From positions 1-56,446 of the IMG/VR virus record IMGVR_UViG_3300042465_007438: a DNA stretch of 56,446 nucleotides. One strand, given 5' to 3'. Positions 28,590-39,635 of the stretch are shown here, one piece after another. A program made the translations under genes and the position numbers. The stretch's first letter is position 1. Every line of letters begins with the position of its first letter. Source of the DNA: a virus (lineage: Duplodnaviria > Caudoviricetes). The notes beneath the pieces are model-generated. The model made no database searches and was not told where the DNA came from. It saw only the letters and a list, made by a program, of their open reading frames with translations.

Positions 28590-29437
28590 TGATATATCAC
28601 GAGTTATTTGGGCAGCATTTAAGATTAGGTAATTTTGCTTTTAAAATAGCTTGGAGTGTAAGGATGAAGCATATACATAATCTGGATACAGTTTACCCCG
28701 ATTATTACTTGTGGAAGTATTTAGAAACTTCCCCTTTGATTTATAACAGGACACAAGGGGAAATTTTACGACCTATAAACTGGGAGTGGTCTTTACAAGA
28801 ACAGGTGTTACTTGAACAAAGTGTATTAAGTAGAGAACATAGTATTGTAGCATTGAACTACTTTCTACAATCTCAGAATTGGTTTGATTCGTCGAAGAAA
28901 CAAGTAAAGGAATTCTTTACTTTTAAAGAAGAGTATGTAGATCAAGTAAAACAAAAGTATTCGTATATTTTTGATAAAGAGAGGCCTATAGCAATAGGAC
29001 TTCGATTAGGGGATTTTATCGGTCATGGAGACTTTTATCAAATTCCTTATAACTGGTATACTAAAACTCTTGAGGAAAATTTCCCTTATTGGAAAGAACG
29101 TCCAGTAGTTGTTTTTTCTGACGATATAGATAAGGCAAAAACTATATTTGCAGAATATCCTTTCTACTATCCGGATCCTAATAATACGCACACTCACTCT
29201 GAAAATTTCAAACATTACCATTCAGAGAAGGCTGCTGAGCAATTTGTATTAGGTACTTTAATAGATGATTGGATTATAGGAAATTCAACATTTAGCTGGT
29301 GGCAGGCATGGTTAGGAAATTATAACTCAGTAGAAGGCCAAGTTTTTCATTCTGGGAAATTATTTTCGCCTACTGGAAATATGAAACATGTAGATATTAC
29401 TCATTACTATCCATTTAAATGGAATTTAATAGAATAA
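28589..29437 (+). CDS. GT11 alpha-1,2-fucosyltransferase-like protein
   Basis: RLGN, IGLRLGDF, VFSDD, IGNSTFSWWQAWL. Confidence 0.85.
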   Translation: MIYHELFGQHLRLGNFAFKIAWSVRMKHIHNLDTVYPDYYLWKYLETSPLIYNRTQGEILRPINWEWSLQEQVLLEQSVLSREHSIVALNYFLQSQNWFDSSKKQVKEFFTFKEEYVDQVKQKYSYIFDKERPIAIGLRLGDFIGHGDFYQIPYNWYTKTLEENFPYWKERPVVVFSDDIDKAKTIFAEYPFYYPDPNNTHTHSENFKHYHSEKAAEQFVLGTLIDDWIIGNSTFSWWQAWLGNYNSVEGQVFHSGKLFSPTGNMKHVDITHYYPFKWNLIE

Positions 29438-29648
29438 CTTTAAGATTAAAAATCTTACAATACCTATAATTTAGTTAGATGAAAAAGAGACCATTAATTA
29501 AACCTGTTACAACCGTTGATAACTTTTATCACGATACACCGCGTATAGTGATTCATTCGCATATTAACTCTAAAGGTAAAATGCATCTTTCTAAAGAAGA
29601 AGCAGTGTTACTAATTGCAGATTTGTGGGAATTTGTAAATAGTCAAAA

Positions 29649-31331
29649 ATGAAAATATTAGCAGTTTATACAGGAGAGGGTAGTAAGTATCATAGGGTAA
29701 AACTACCCCTCTCTTTTTTTAAAGATCACGAAGTCATCTTTACTGATGGACTTGATGAGTTTCTACTAACAGATATAGACATTCTTTGGATTCACTGGAA
29801 TTCTAAAGTACAGCCTGTCTACTTGTCTTTGTTTAGAGACAAATACAAGTTCAAAATCATCTTAGATATAGACGACAGTTGGAATGTACCTAATAATCAC
29901 GTCAGTCCAAATGTACAACTAAGCGCCTTGTTTAGTAAAGCCTATGCTGCTGTTGCAGATTGGATAATAGTCTCTAACCCGAAACTAATCCCTGAAGTAT
30001 CAAAAATCAATCTTAACATATCAGTTGTACCTAATCATATACCTTATGGATATGATCAGTTTAAACTGGTTACTGAATCCAAAGAAGACTTTATGAACAG
30101 AAGAATCAAAGTGGGATTCTTTGGAGGCCACAATCACTACAATGATTGGATGGAGATACAAGGTCAGATAAATACCTTAGTCAAGAATCCTCTGTTCAAA
30201 GAGCAAGCCGACTTTTACCTATGTGGATATTCTTCAACTAATGCGTGGTGGAATAAGTTAAAAGACAAGTTTCCTTATGCCAAACTTATACAAGGTAGTA
30301 AAGTCGAAGACTATATGCCTGTATACGATTTAGACATTAGTTTGTGTCCACTGGAAGACAATCACTTTAACAGGTGTAAATCAGATTTGAAAATTCTGGA
30401 AGCTGCTGCACGTAAATCTATATGCGTAGTAGATCCTATCTATAAAGAGTTGAGTATTCATGCCGATTCTCATTTTGTTGTAAAAAATGAAAAAGACTGG
30501 CATAGAATTCCACTTGATCTTATATCAGACAAGGAAAGACTCTACAATCTAAAAGAAAACTCCAGCAAACTATTGCTGCAAACAGAACATATAAACTCCA
30601 ACTACTCATCGAATCCTTATATAGAGATGGCAGTAAAACCTAGGATGAGATTGATGAGTCAAGACCCATACAGGTTTAGTGACTATTCAATCTGGTCTGT
30701 AAGTTACAAATCAGAGCAGATTTGCGAGTATACTCCATACTTGAATCAGATTAAAACAGTAGAAGAAAAATCTTACTTATTCGAGTATAATCCTATTCTT
30801 AAACTTATACCTAATGCAACAGGTAAGTACGTAGGGTGCTTCAGTTGGAAGTTTAATCAAAAGACAGGAATTACCAAGTATGAACTTGAAAGAGTACTAG
30901 AGCAGACAGACACTGATGTAATATCTTTCTGCTTTAAGATTCCTAAATACCTTCAAGTTTCAGAGTTGCATCACCCCGGATTCAAAGAACGATTTACTCT
31001 GTTATGTAAAGAACTTGGGTTGCCCTGTAAAGAACCTCAGGTTACAGTATATTCAAACTTCTTTGTGGCTAAGCCAGAAGTATACAGGGAATATTTATCG
31101 TTGCTTACAGAGGCAATCAGGCTGCTTGAGTACGAAAAGTATAAAGCTTTTGCAGACGCTAACTATAGATCAGGCCTAGATTCTGAAACTTTGTATGAAC
31201 ATACAGGTCTTAAGCATTATACATGGCATACTTTTCTACTAGAAAGGTTAATGTCTGTATGGATAGAGAATAAGAAATTAAAAGTAAAAGTATATACCAA
31301 TGACTTACTTCGTAGGAAAACACAATTATGA
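29649..31331 (+). CDS. GT-B glycosyltransferase with an additional C-terminal GT-like domain
   Basis: YHRVKLP, LDIDD, DISLCPLEDNHFNRCKSDLKILEA; C-terminal YSNFFVAK...FLLERL. Confidence 0.78.
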   Translation: MKILAVYTGEGSKYHRVKLPLSFFKDHEVIFTDGLDEFLLTDIDILWIHWNSKVQPVYLSLFRDKYKFKIILDIDDSWNVPNNHVSPNVQLSALFSKAYAAVADWIIVSNPKLIPEVSKINLNISVVPNHIPYGYDQFKLVTESKEDFMNRRIKVGFFGGHNHYNDWMEIQGQINTLVKNPLFKEQADFYLCGYSSTNAWWNKLKDKFPYAKLIQGSKVEDYMPVYDLDISLCPLEDNHFNRCKSDLKILEAAARKSICVVDPIYKELSIHADSHFVVKNEKDWHRIPLDLISDKERLYNLKENSSKLLLQTEHINSNYSSNPYIEMAVKPRMRLMSQDPYRFSDYSIWSVSYKSEQICEYTPYLNQIKTVEEKSYLFEYNPILKLIPNATGKYVGCFSWKFNQKTGITKYELERVLEQTDTDVISFCFKIPKYLQVSELHHPGFKERFTLLCKELGLPCKEPQVTVYSNFFVAKPEVYREYLSLLTEAIRLLEYEKYKAFADANYRSGLDSETLYEHTGLKHYTWHTFLLERLMSVWIENKKLKVKVYTNDLLRRKTQL

Positions 31332-33603
31332 TGAGTTCGAGTCTTGTACATTAGAAATGTGTATGGACTATCTAAAGACTCAGTCAGTAATTGGTATTGA
31401 CATTGAAACCTCTCGAAAGTATCCGAAAGGTAAATATGATGAGCGTATTTACCAGCCGGGTCTTGATCCTCATTTATCAAGGATTATAATGATTCAGGTA
31501 GGTACGTTAGAAAAACGATTTGTAATTGATGCACGATACATAGATTGTAGTTCCCTCAAGGAAATCTTAGAAGATAAGAACATCCTAAAGATAGGGCACA
31601 ATTTGGTGTTTGAAGGAAAGTTTTTCTTACTTCATCTTAACTCAAGAATAGTTAATGTGTGGGACTGTATGATAGTAGAAAAACTATTGTACAATGGTCT
31701 ACAACAATCTAACTCTCTTAAGTCTTTGATGAACAGGTATTTAGGAATTAAAAGTCAGACAGAAGAAACTTTGTTTGAAAATTCCAGCAAAGAGATAGAA
31801 GCAATAGTTAAAGATTTGGAAGAATCTTACTTGCTTAGTGGTAAGCCTTACAACGAAGACGACTTGTACGACCAAGCAATAGTAATCTTGGAAGATAAAG
31901 AAACTGTTGATAAGTCTATTCGTATGGGTTTTGTTAATATGAAAGATGAGCCATTTACGTTAGATCAAATACTTTATGGTGAATTAGATATTACTGCACC
32001 TCTAAGAATCTATGAACTTCAAAAGAAAGGCAGGCTAGTCTATAATGATGTATGGAACTACGAAGCACAGGAAAACCTAAAACAATCTCACGTCTTTAAT
32101 CCTGAGATAGGTATTAAACTGGAAAATAAGTTTACTCAGGTTATCGCTGAAGTTTCTTTAAGAGGTCTTAAAATAGACACAAATAAGTGGGCTGCATTAT
32201 ACGAATCTAATTATTTAGAGTGGACTAATCAAAGAGAGTTTCTAAACAATTACGTTGTAGAAAATCATCCTGACCATACTGCTTCAATAGATTTGTTTAA
32301 TGATAAACCTACTTGTGCAGTCGATTGGAATTCTCCGTTGGAAGTAACTAAGTTCTTTCAAAAATTAGGACTTGCAGTACAAGAAATGTCTAAGACTACT
32401 CGAAAGATCAGTTGGACAGTAGGTGCTAAAAGTCTGATCAGAAGTCTCCCTAATAACTATAAAGAAAAATTCTTTAAATACGAGTTTCCTGAAAGTATAG
32501 AAAATGGAAAAGACTTGGTGTTAGCCTATCTATTGTACAAGAAAACAGGACAGTTATGTACAGCATTTGGACATCAGTGGTTGAGATATGTGCATCCTAT
32601 TACAGGACGAGTACATTCTAACTTTCAACAAATCTTGAACACTACAAGGATGAGTTCTACTCGTCCAAATGTACAGCAGATCCCCGGTTCTGAAGAATAT
32701 AGAAAATGCTTTACTTGTGACCAAGGATTTAAAAACATTAACACCGATTATGCTTCACAAGAAGTTAGGGTGTTAGCAGAAGTTTCTGAAGTAGAATCGT
32801 TACGAGATTTCTTTATTGCAGAGCATCCTATCTTCAAACAGGATTTTCATAGCTTTACAGCTACTCAAATGTTTAGAGTAGTCTATAGTAAACCTGATCT
32901 TATTATTAACAAGAAAGATCATGCTGATGAAAGAAGTACCGCTAAAGCTTTAACATTTAGTCTTTCATACGGTGCAAGTCACAAGAGTGTAGCAAGAGAC
33001 ATGGGAATCACTGAAGATGAAGGAGAGAAGTTTGTAAATGGTTACTTTGACGGTTTCCAAGGGCTACGAGAAAACTTCGAGAAGGTTAAAAAACAGGCTT
33101 TACAAAGAGGCTGGATTGAAATAGACTCTTATACTAAAAGAAGATATTTCTTCCCTCACTTTGAAAAGATGAAAGATCTTCAGAAACAAGCTATGTCTTA
33201 CTACCCAGAAAACTATCGTCAAATGACTAGTGAAGAAAAAGCACTTTTCAAAGACGAGCTTTATCTGGAATTTCCTGAAGTAAAAGAGTATTGGAAAGAA
33301 TGGTCTATACTTAAAGGTAAGTTAGAAAGAGCAGCCCTAAACTTTAGAATCCAAGGAAATTCTGCAGGAATGATAAAACTTGCTGCTATTCTAATCTACA
33401 ACTATAGGTGGGACAACAATATTCAAGACGAGTTCTACACTGATAACATTGTTCACGATGAATTAAATCACAAGTCAATCGAAGAAAAAGCAGAAGACTA
33501 TGCTAAGATCATTGAAACATTAATGATTCAAGCAGGTAAGTATTTCTGTCCTAATGTTCCTATGGGAGCAGAGTCTAAGATTGGCGATTACTGGTATCAC
33601 TAA
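31300..33603 (+). CDS. polA: family A DNA polymerase with 3'-5' exonuclease
   Basis: DIET, GHNLVFE, TTRMSS..PNVQQIP, DYASQEVR, RSTAKALTFSLSYG, NFRIQG, VHDEL. Confidence 0.95.
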   Translation: MTYFVGKHNYDEFESCTLEMCMDYLKTQSVIGIDIETSRKYPKGKYDERIYQPGLDPHLSRIIMIQVGTLEKRFVIDARYIDCSSLKEILEDKNILKIGHNLVFEGKFFLLHLNSRIVNVWDCMIVEKLLYNGLQQSNSLKSLMNRYLGIKSQTEETLFENSSKEIEAIVKDLEESYLLSGKPYNEDDLYDQAIVILEDKETVDKSIRMGFVNMKDEPFTLDQILYGELDITAPLRIYELQKKGRLVYNDVWNYEAQENLKQSHVFNPEIGIKLENKFTQVIAEVSLRGLKIDTNKWAALYESNYLEWTNQREFLNNYVVENHPDHTASIDLFNDKPTCAVDWNSPLEVTKFFQKLGLAVQEMSKTTRKISWTVGAKSLIRSLPNNYKEKFFKYEFPESIENGKDLVLAYLLYKKTGQLCTAFGHQWLRYVHPITGRVHSNFQQILNTTRMSSTRPNVQQIPGSEEYRKCFTCDQGFKNINTDYASQEVRVLAEVSEVESLRDFFIAEHPIFKQDFHSFTATQMFRVVYSKPDLIINKKDHADERSTAKALTFSLSYGASHKSVARDMGITEDEGEKFVNGYFDGFQGLRENFEKVKKQALQRGWIEIDSYTKRRYFFPHFEKMKDLQKQAMSYYPENYRQMTSEEKALFKDELYLEFPEVKEYWKEWSILKGKLERAALNFRIQGNSAGMIKLAAILIYNYRWDNNIQDEFYTDNIVHDELNHKSIEEKAEDYAKIIETLMIQAGKYFCPNVPMGAESKIGDYWYH

Positions 33604-33776
33604 TGATTATATTAATTATTACATTGTTTATTCTGGCTTTAATTCAAGGTAGCTGGAGTAGAGATTAAATTACTTATAAAACTTAAAACATGGTAGAACA
33701 ACGCTAAGTTCCAACTTGTCATGTTTATTATTTTTTTCAGATTAAAAATTCTTTAACATTTTTTAAATTATTTATT

Positions 33777-34043
33777 ATGCGTAACGAACTCAATCTTCTT
33801 AAAAAGTATGTAGGTGCTAAATTTGGATATGGAGAGCCTATACCAGATGGTACTTATGCTGTTCCTGCTCAAGAAAGTGCTTTTTTAAAAGTACAAATTC
33901 AAGATCAAAAACCTGTAGGAAATGATAATTTCACGTTGTACTGGGATGAAAATCTTACTATTAAACAAGAAGGTAGTATTAAACCAAATAACTTGACAGA
34001 AAGTAAGTTTTCAGAATTGTTCCGTGAAATTACTAATCTATAA
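33777..34043 (+). CDS. hypothetical protein
   Basis: 88 aa ORF. Confidence 0.55.
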   Translation: MRNELNLLKKYVGAKFGYGEPIPDGTYAVPAQESAFLKVQIQDQKPVGNDNFTLYWDENLTIKQEGSIKPNNLTESKFSELFREITNL

Positions 34044-34056
34044 CTTTCGGACTTAA

Positions 34057-35259
34057 ATGAAGCATCTTTACGAAAAAGAAAAAGTAACCAGAGAAGAACT
34101 AGCCTACGAAGTAGGTAAATTAGCAGACCAATATCAGCACTTTCTCTTTGACGTAGTTATGCGTACAGGAAAGTCTATGTTGTTTACTGAACTTTGTAAA
34201 AAGTGGGAAGGTAAAATACTAATCTTAAGTGCTGCAGACTCCACTAATAAACAGTGGAGAGAAAACCTTGAAAAGTATAATCCTGAACTACTGGAAAGAG
34301 TAGACATTTATTGTTACCACTCTCTTCACAAGTTAGACCGAAATCTCTATTCTATCATTGGTTTAGATGAATACGAACTTAGTCGTTCCGATAAAAGGTC
34401 GAGTCAAATCTTTGAGTTTACCCCTAATCACTGGGTAGCTATGTCTGGTACTCTATCTTTTGAAGATCGACAAGAATTTAGACTACTTACTAACAACAAG
34501 TTCTACAATGTCAAAGTAGATCTTACTCAAGCAGTAAAGTGGGGTATTCTTCCGCAACCTAAGGTATATGCGGTCAGACTTGAAATGAATAATACTAAAA
34601 GATACTTGTTATACCATAAAGGTAAAGACAAAAGTAAAAAAAACGAGATTGTCACCTTTGATAGTCGCTGGGAATCTATAAAAAACACTGAAGTAAATAC
34701 ACTGATACAATGTACTGAACAGGAATACAATGAGTTGCTAGAACAAGACTATGGCTTTTTTAAAGGTCTGTTCGATAGGAATCCTACACAAGCTTTTAAG
34801 CTGAAATGGCTAAAGAAAGGTAACGAACGCAAACAGTTTTATGGAAGTCTGAAACCTCAGCACTTTAAGAAACTGTACAGTCAACTTCCTAAAGATTCTC
34901 GATGCTTAATCTTTTGTGTAGATACTAAGCAAGCAGACTTTATTAATAAGGAATTTGCTGTACATTCTAATCGTCCTGGAAGTTTAGACTTAGTAGAAGA
35001 GTTTAATTCTAAGAGAATTAATGTTATTGCTACAGTAAAAATGCTTGATAGGGGTGTAGATTTCTTTGACGTAGATTATGTAATTATTATCCAGCAGTCG
35101 GGAAAGCAAAATTCTCCACTTCAACAAATGGGTAGATCTTTACTAAGTGTAGCGCCTAAGATTATCACTTTCTATTATCCGGGAACACAAGACGAAAAGT
35201 ACGTACAAGGATTTTTGAGTAACTTTGAAGACTCATGGGTTATTCATAAAAAGCTTTAA
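34057..35259 (+). CDS. SF2 helicase
   Basis: MRTGKS, LDEYE, MSGT, MLDRGVDF, QQMGR. Confidence 0.85.
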   Translation: MKHLYEKEKVTREELAYEVGKLADQYQHFLFDVVMRTGKSMLFTELCKKWEGKILILSAADSTNKQWRENLEKYNPELLERVDIYCYHSLHKLDRNLYSIIGLDEYELSRSDKRSSQIFEFTPNHWVAMSGTLSFEDRQEFRLLTNNKFYNVKVDLTQAVKWGILPQPKVYAVRLEMNNTKRYLLYHKGKDKSKKNEIVTFDSRWESIKNTEVNTLIQCTEQEYNELLEQDYGFFKGLFDRNPTQAFKLKWLKKGNERKQFYGSLKPQHFKKLYSQLPKDSRCLIFCVDTKQADFINKEFAVHSNRPGSLDLVEEFNSKRINVIATVKMLDRGVDFFDVDYVIIIQQSGKQNSPLQQMGRSLLSVAPKIITFYYPGTQDEKYVQGFLSNFEDSWVIHKKL

Positions 35260-35266
35260 ATAAAAA

Positions 35267-35982
35267 ATGGCCAGACCTACATTAGAACAGCAACAGATTC
35301 GATACAACAAGATTCAAGAAAATCCTCAATTAGTAGAATTTAAACTGAAGTTGTGTCGAAGATTACACATTGCAATATTAAAAGCTAGAGAAAAGCCTGA
35401 ACAAGAACGCTACCAATACCTTGAAGACTTCATTAATTCTACAATCGAAAAAATGTACTGATGATTAATCCAAACTTTATTAAAAAACTTCAAGAGTTTT
35501 GTACTGATGATCACGAAGTAGCAAAAGGGTTGCACTTCGGGTTTTTGTATACATTTAAAGATCAAGTGCCGTATCTTGAAGAGTATTTCTTAGAAGGATC
35601 AAAAAGTGTTTTTCCTTACGAAGATTACCAAATTTATGCAATTAACCTCCTTAAAAAGGACGTAGAAACAGGAGCTACTTATCTTACCATTCCTTTGTTT
35701 GCCAGTAAGGAATCAGGGGAATTTGAAGACTTTCTTCGTGTTTTGTCCAGATTACATATTAACTCAAAAGGACATTTTAACAACCAGTTGGGTTATGCAA
35801 TATTTGGAGATACAGACAAAGACGAATTCTATGTTTTAAAGTCTAAACTAGAAGGTGATTTTGACATAAATAAGTTAGCTAAAGTAGTAAGTAAATATTA
35901 TGAAACTACTAACTTTGCTCTAAAACTAAGCAATTACTTGAAAAATTCATGTATATTCGACTACAATGGGGCAACTGACTGA
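35267..35982 (+). CDS. two hypothetical genes of the replication block (35267-35461, 35461-35982)
   Basis: Translationally coupled, directly upstream of the DnaB-like gene. Confidence 0.65.
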
Positions 35983-37069
35983 GCATATTCTAAAGAATCA
36001 TACAGACTTTATTGAAGGGAAGATTAACTATCTTCCCTTTAATAGTCTTGGACAATTCACTGAGTGGCTTCCGGGAATTATGAGAGGCGATGTAACCTGT
36101 ATTACAGGTACTCCAGCCAGTTCTAAGACAAGTCTGTCTAAGTTTCTTTTAGAACACTCAGCTATTCCCTGGGCAATAAAACAAAAAAAGAACATTAAGA
36201 TATTAAGATTTGGGTTGGAAGAATCTAAAGATCAATATCTTTACAGTCTATTAAGTTACAGAGCATGGAAAGATCACGGTCTTCAGTATAACATTAAAGA
36301 CTTTCTTTCTATAGGCAGATCGATAGATAGACAAGACATTCCTAAGCTTGAAATTTCTGAAAAGAAAGTAGACTTAATGATGAACTATATCGATTATATA
36401 GATCATATCTATTCGAGTATAGGAATCTGGCAGTATGTGAGAAAGTTTGCTTTTAACAGAGGTAAATTTTATCGAGGAACTACTTTATTGACTGCAGAAA
36501 TAGACCTGAAAGAAGGCTGGACAAGTTATGTTCCTGATGATCCTGATGAGTTTATAGTTGTCGTAGTAGATAATCTTTCATTCATTTCCCCTGTAGGAGA
36601 CGAAGGAACAGGAGATAAAGGAACATGGATGGCAATATGGAACACTGTAGAATACTTAAGAAAGTTTGCAGCTAACAAGCTTAACTATTCGATAGTCTTT
36701 TTACAGCACCAGGATTCTACGTCAGAAAATCAGGAAAGTCGAAAGAATCAGACTATTCTTCCAACAGAAAACGGGCTTGGTAAAAACAAAGAAGTGGGTA
36801 GGTCTTATCTTAATCTAATAGGTGTAGCAAATCCGAACAAGATTAACTCTTCTGGTGCTGAACCAGTAATCAGAATTTGGGACAACCACGATTTAACTAA
36901 GTTTAAAAACTATTTAAGAACTATTAATATTCTAAAATCTCGCTTTGGCGAATCTAACGTACACCATTCTGTTTTATTTACTGGAAGAACAGGGTGGTTT
37001 AACCCTTTGCCTTCAGTAACAACAGATGATTATTCTAAAGTTTTAACAAGTTTAAACAATTACAAGTAA
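35966..37069 (+). CDS. DnaB-like replicative helicase
   Basis: ITGTPASSKTS Walker A variant, FGLEE, VVVDN, FLQHQ, ILKSRFG. Confidence 0.8.
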   Translation: MGQLTEHILKNHTDFIEGKINYLPFNSLGQFTEWLPGIMRGDVTCITGTPASSKTSLSKFLLEHSAIPWAIKQKKNIKILRFGLEESKDQYLYSLLSYRAWKDHGLQYNIKDFLSIGRSIDRQDIPKLEISEKKVDLMMNYIDYIDHIYSSIGIWQYVRKFAFNRGKFYRGTTLLTAEIDLKEGWTSYVPDDPDEFIVVVVDNLSFISPVGDEGTGDKGTWMAIWNTVEYLRKFAANKLNYSIVFLQHQDSTSENQESRKNQTILPTENGLGKNKEVGRSYLNLIGVANPNKINSSGAEPVIRIWDNHDLTKFKNYLRTINILKSRFGESNVHHSVLFTGRTGWFNPLPSVTTDDYSKVLTSLNNYK

Positions 37070-38666
37070 TGGCAAATCTAATTGGTATTGTTGCACCTTC
37101 CGGATGCGGTAAAACAACGTCTTTATTTCCTTCTAAGGAACTTGGCATTAAAGGACTTGATCCTAAAGAGACCTTGTACATAAATGTAGCAGGAAAACCT
37201 CTTCCAATGAGAGGGGCAACTAAACATTACAATCCGGAACTACCTCCGTCAAAAGGCGGCAACTATCTGGAAACTTCTAACATCGACGTAATCAAACAAG
37301 TATTGACATACGCAGATAAAGAAGAACGATTTAAAAACATAGTCATCGATGATGCGGGTTATCTGATGGGTTTTTCAGTAATGGAAAAAGCACGTGAGAA
37401 AGGGTAAACATTCATGCCCTTTTAAAATCTCTCTAATTGCTGGAAACCCCTTAGAGTCTACTAAACTACAACATAACTTGAAAAGGTAAATGTGAATGTT
37501 TGAAAATTAGTAGAATTGGGCAATCAGCAGCCAAGTACCTAAGTGCAAATAAGGTAAAGGTTCAACGACTATCGAAAACTGTAAAGCTAGTAGAGTAGGA
37601 TTTATTAATCCGAAACGGGAGAATTATTTATTTTGTAGTATATTTGCAATATTGTTCCACTAAAATACAACAATATGGCAAAAATCAAAAAGTATCCAAC
37701 AAGAATTAATGGTAAAATTACAAAAGAATATCGTGCTTGGAAAGCAATGAAAGCAAGATGTTATTCTTTATGTAATAAAACAAGCCATAATAAAAATTAT
37801 CATTTGAATAATATCGCGGTGTGTGAATCATGGATTAATTCATTTGATAACTTTCTTGATGATATGGGGTATGCCCCCTCAGAACAACATTCTTTAGATA
37901 GAATAGATAATAGTAAGGGTTATTGTAAGGAAAATTGTCGGTGGACGACAACTGATATTCAAGCAAAGAACAGAGGTTCTTTTAATATTGTCATTACACA
38001 TAATGATAAAACAATGGTATTAAAAGATTGGGCAAGAGAAATAAATATTGAATATACAACTTTACGAAAAAGACTTTTAAATGGCTTAACATTTGAAGAT
38101 GCAATTTCTAAAGATCCTTACAATAGACAAGTTTGGTATAATGGAAAAGCCCAAACTATAAAAAAGTGGGCTGAAGAATTAAATATACCTAAAGAAGTAC
38201 TTTATGATAGGAAACATAAAGGTTGGAGTGTCGAAAGAATGTTTACTACAAAACTAAATAATAAGATATAGTCTATTCTTTATCGAAAGATAAAGTACAA
38301 AATGATGAAAAGTGGACTGAGTTGGCTGCAAGTATGTTTTCTATTATTAATGCTGCTCGTAGTATGCGGCGAGATTTAAATCTCATTTTTATTTTTCACC
38401 AAGAAGTAGGTGAAGATGGAACTATGAAGATTAAAACGTCAGGAAAATTGATTGACAATACGATTTATATCGACGGACTATTTACTTTTATTCTATATGC
38501 AGAAGTAGTCAAGGACTTCACTACAGAAAAAGTAAAGTATGCTTTCCGCACTCGTCCAGATGGTAAGTCAACTTGTAAATCACCAGCTGGTTGCTTTGAA
38601 ACTGATCTTATCCCCAATGATATGGGTTTTGTAATTGATAAAATTAAAGAATACTATGAAGGATAA
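37069..38666 (+). CDS. AAA_24/Sak4-like ATPase, spliced (exons 37069-37405 and 38305-38666; 232 aa)
   Basis: APSGCGKTTS, IVIDDAGY; joining the exons gives in-frame REKG-Y-EKWTELAASMF; KIKTSGKLID, CKSPAGCF. Confidence 0.88.
37639..37646 (+). promoter_or_regulatory. intron-internal Bacteroidota -7 box (TATATTTG)
   Basis: TAnnTTTG ~29 nt upstream of the HNH start codon. Confidence 0.6.
37675..38271 (+). CDS. HNH homing endonuclease
   Basis: EYRAWKAMKARC, VCESW, SLDRIDNSKGYCKENCRW, two C-terminal HTH repeats. Confidence 0.92.
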   Translation: MAKIKKYPTRINGKITKEYRAWKAMKARCYSLCNKTSHNKNYHLNNIAVCESWINSFDNFLDDMGYAPSEQHSLDRIDNSKGYCKENCRWTTTDIQAKNRGSFNIVITHNDKTMVLKDWAREINIEYTTLRKRLLNGLTFEDAISKDPYNRQVWYNGKAQTIKKWAEELNIPKEVLYDRKHKGWSVERMFTTKLNNKI

Positions 38667-38844
38667 CTGGGGCTATGAAATTGAAGATAGCATTACAGAA
38701 ATCTGGAGAGACAGAATAAATCACGAAACTGGAGAATATATAAAAGATAAAGAAATGTGGTCTCCCAGAGAATACGATGAATGGCAATCTTATCAACACG
38801 ATTTAGGGAAATCTTTACAAGACGAATTTCTCTATCTCGATTAA
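38656..38844 (+). CDS. hypothetical protein
   Basis: Likely start MKDNWGY overlapping the ATPase stop. Confidence 0.5.
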   Translation: MKDNWGYEIEDSITEIWRDRINHETGEYIKDKEMWSPREYDEWQSYQHDLGKSLQDEFLYLD

Positions 38845-38885
38845 AACAGTAACACACAATCTTGACTTTTAAATTATTATAACAC

Positions 38886-39572
38886 ATGAATGCAACAGAA
38901 ATGTACGGCGGAACAGGAGGTAAATCTTTCTCCTTTGCGCCGGGTTTAAACAAAAACGTTTACGTTAAAGACTGGGCACTTGAAGATTCAGAAGCAGGTG
39001 TAAGTCTAAAAATCAATTTTACACAAAGTGTCGATGGCGTACCAAAAGATCAGTGGTCTGTAATTACTCAGACTCTATACTTTCCAAAAGGACAGATTAC
39101 AGAAGGTCGTCTTAAGGTATTTTTTGGATCACTGGGCTCTTTTGTAGAACAGTTTGTAACGAAAGAACAAGCTATGGAGCGATACAAAGCAGTCATTCAA
39201 AAAAGCAATATCACTTCGTTTGACTTAGAAAATGATGCCACTCGAAACAATCAGCTGAAATCTATTGTACGTGCATGGTTTGATCTTATTCAATCTCAGT
39301 TTAGCCGTGTAGGAACTTTGGTATGTGGTTACACCGCACCAAAAGAAAAAGACGGAGAATTGAAACAATATCTTACCGTTGCGCGTTATGGTCAGGATAA
39401 CTGGTGGAAATGTCCTTTCCGTACAGGAGCAGATGAAACTCTTCCTACTGAAAAAGTAGAGTTCTCTAATCCTAACGATGCAAAGTACAACTACTGGTCG
39501 TATACTAAAACCACTACAAAGAAAGCGACTTCCTCGACAGCATCTTCAGATACTGTCCCAGAAAATTGGTAG
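38886..39572 (+). CDS. putative phage ssDNA-binding protein
   Basis: Between Sak4-like ATPase and primase; low-complexity tail ending in an aromatic residue (VPENW); terminator 39596-39631. Confidence 0.55.
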   Translation: MNATEMYGGTGGKSFSFAPGLNKNVYVKDWALEDSEAGVSLKINFTQSVDGVPKDQWSVITQTLYFPKGQITEGRLKVFFGSLGSFVEQFVTKEQAMERYKAVIQKSNITSFDLENDATRNNQLKSIVRAWFDLIQSQFSRVGTLVCGYTAPKEKDGELKQYLTVARYGQDNWWKCPFRTGADETLPTEKVEFSNPNDAKYNYWSYTKTTTKKATSSTASSDTVPENW

Positions 39573-39635
39573 ATTTTTCATGAGTTGAATACCCTCCCCG
39601 GTGGTGCAAAAGAGCACTGCCGGGGGTTTTTAATT

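Larger units (their letters stand above)
37406..38304 (+). mobile_element. group I intron with HNH endonuclease
   Basis: P1 aagggT/Gccctt, P aattgctggaaa (37435), Q aatcagcag (37522), R gttcaacgacta (37560), S aagatatagtct (38263), P9 hairpin, terminal G 38304. Confidence 0.92.

Noticed and set aside
37069-38666. ATPase as a pseudogene broken by an HNH insertion
   Set aside because: Group I core elements and in-frame splice sites explain the split.
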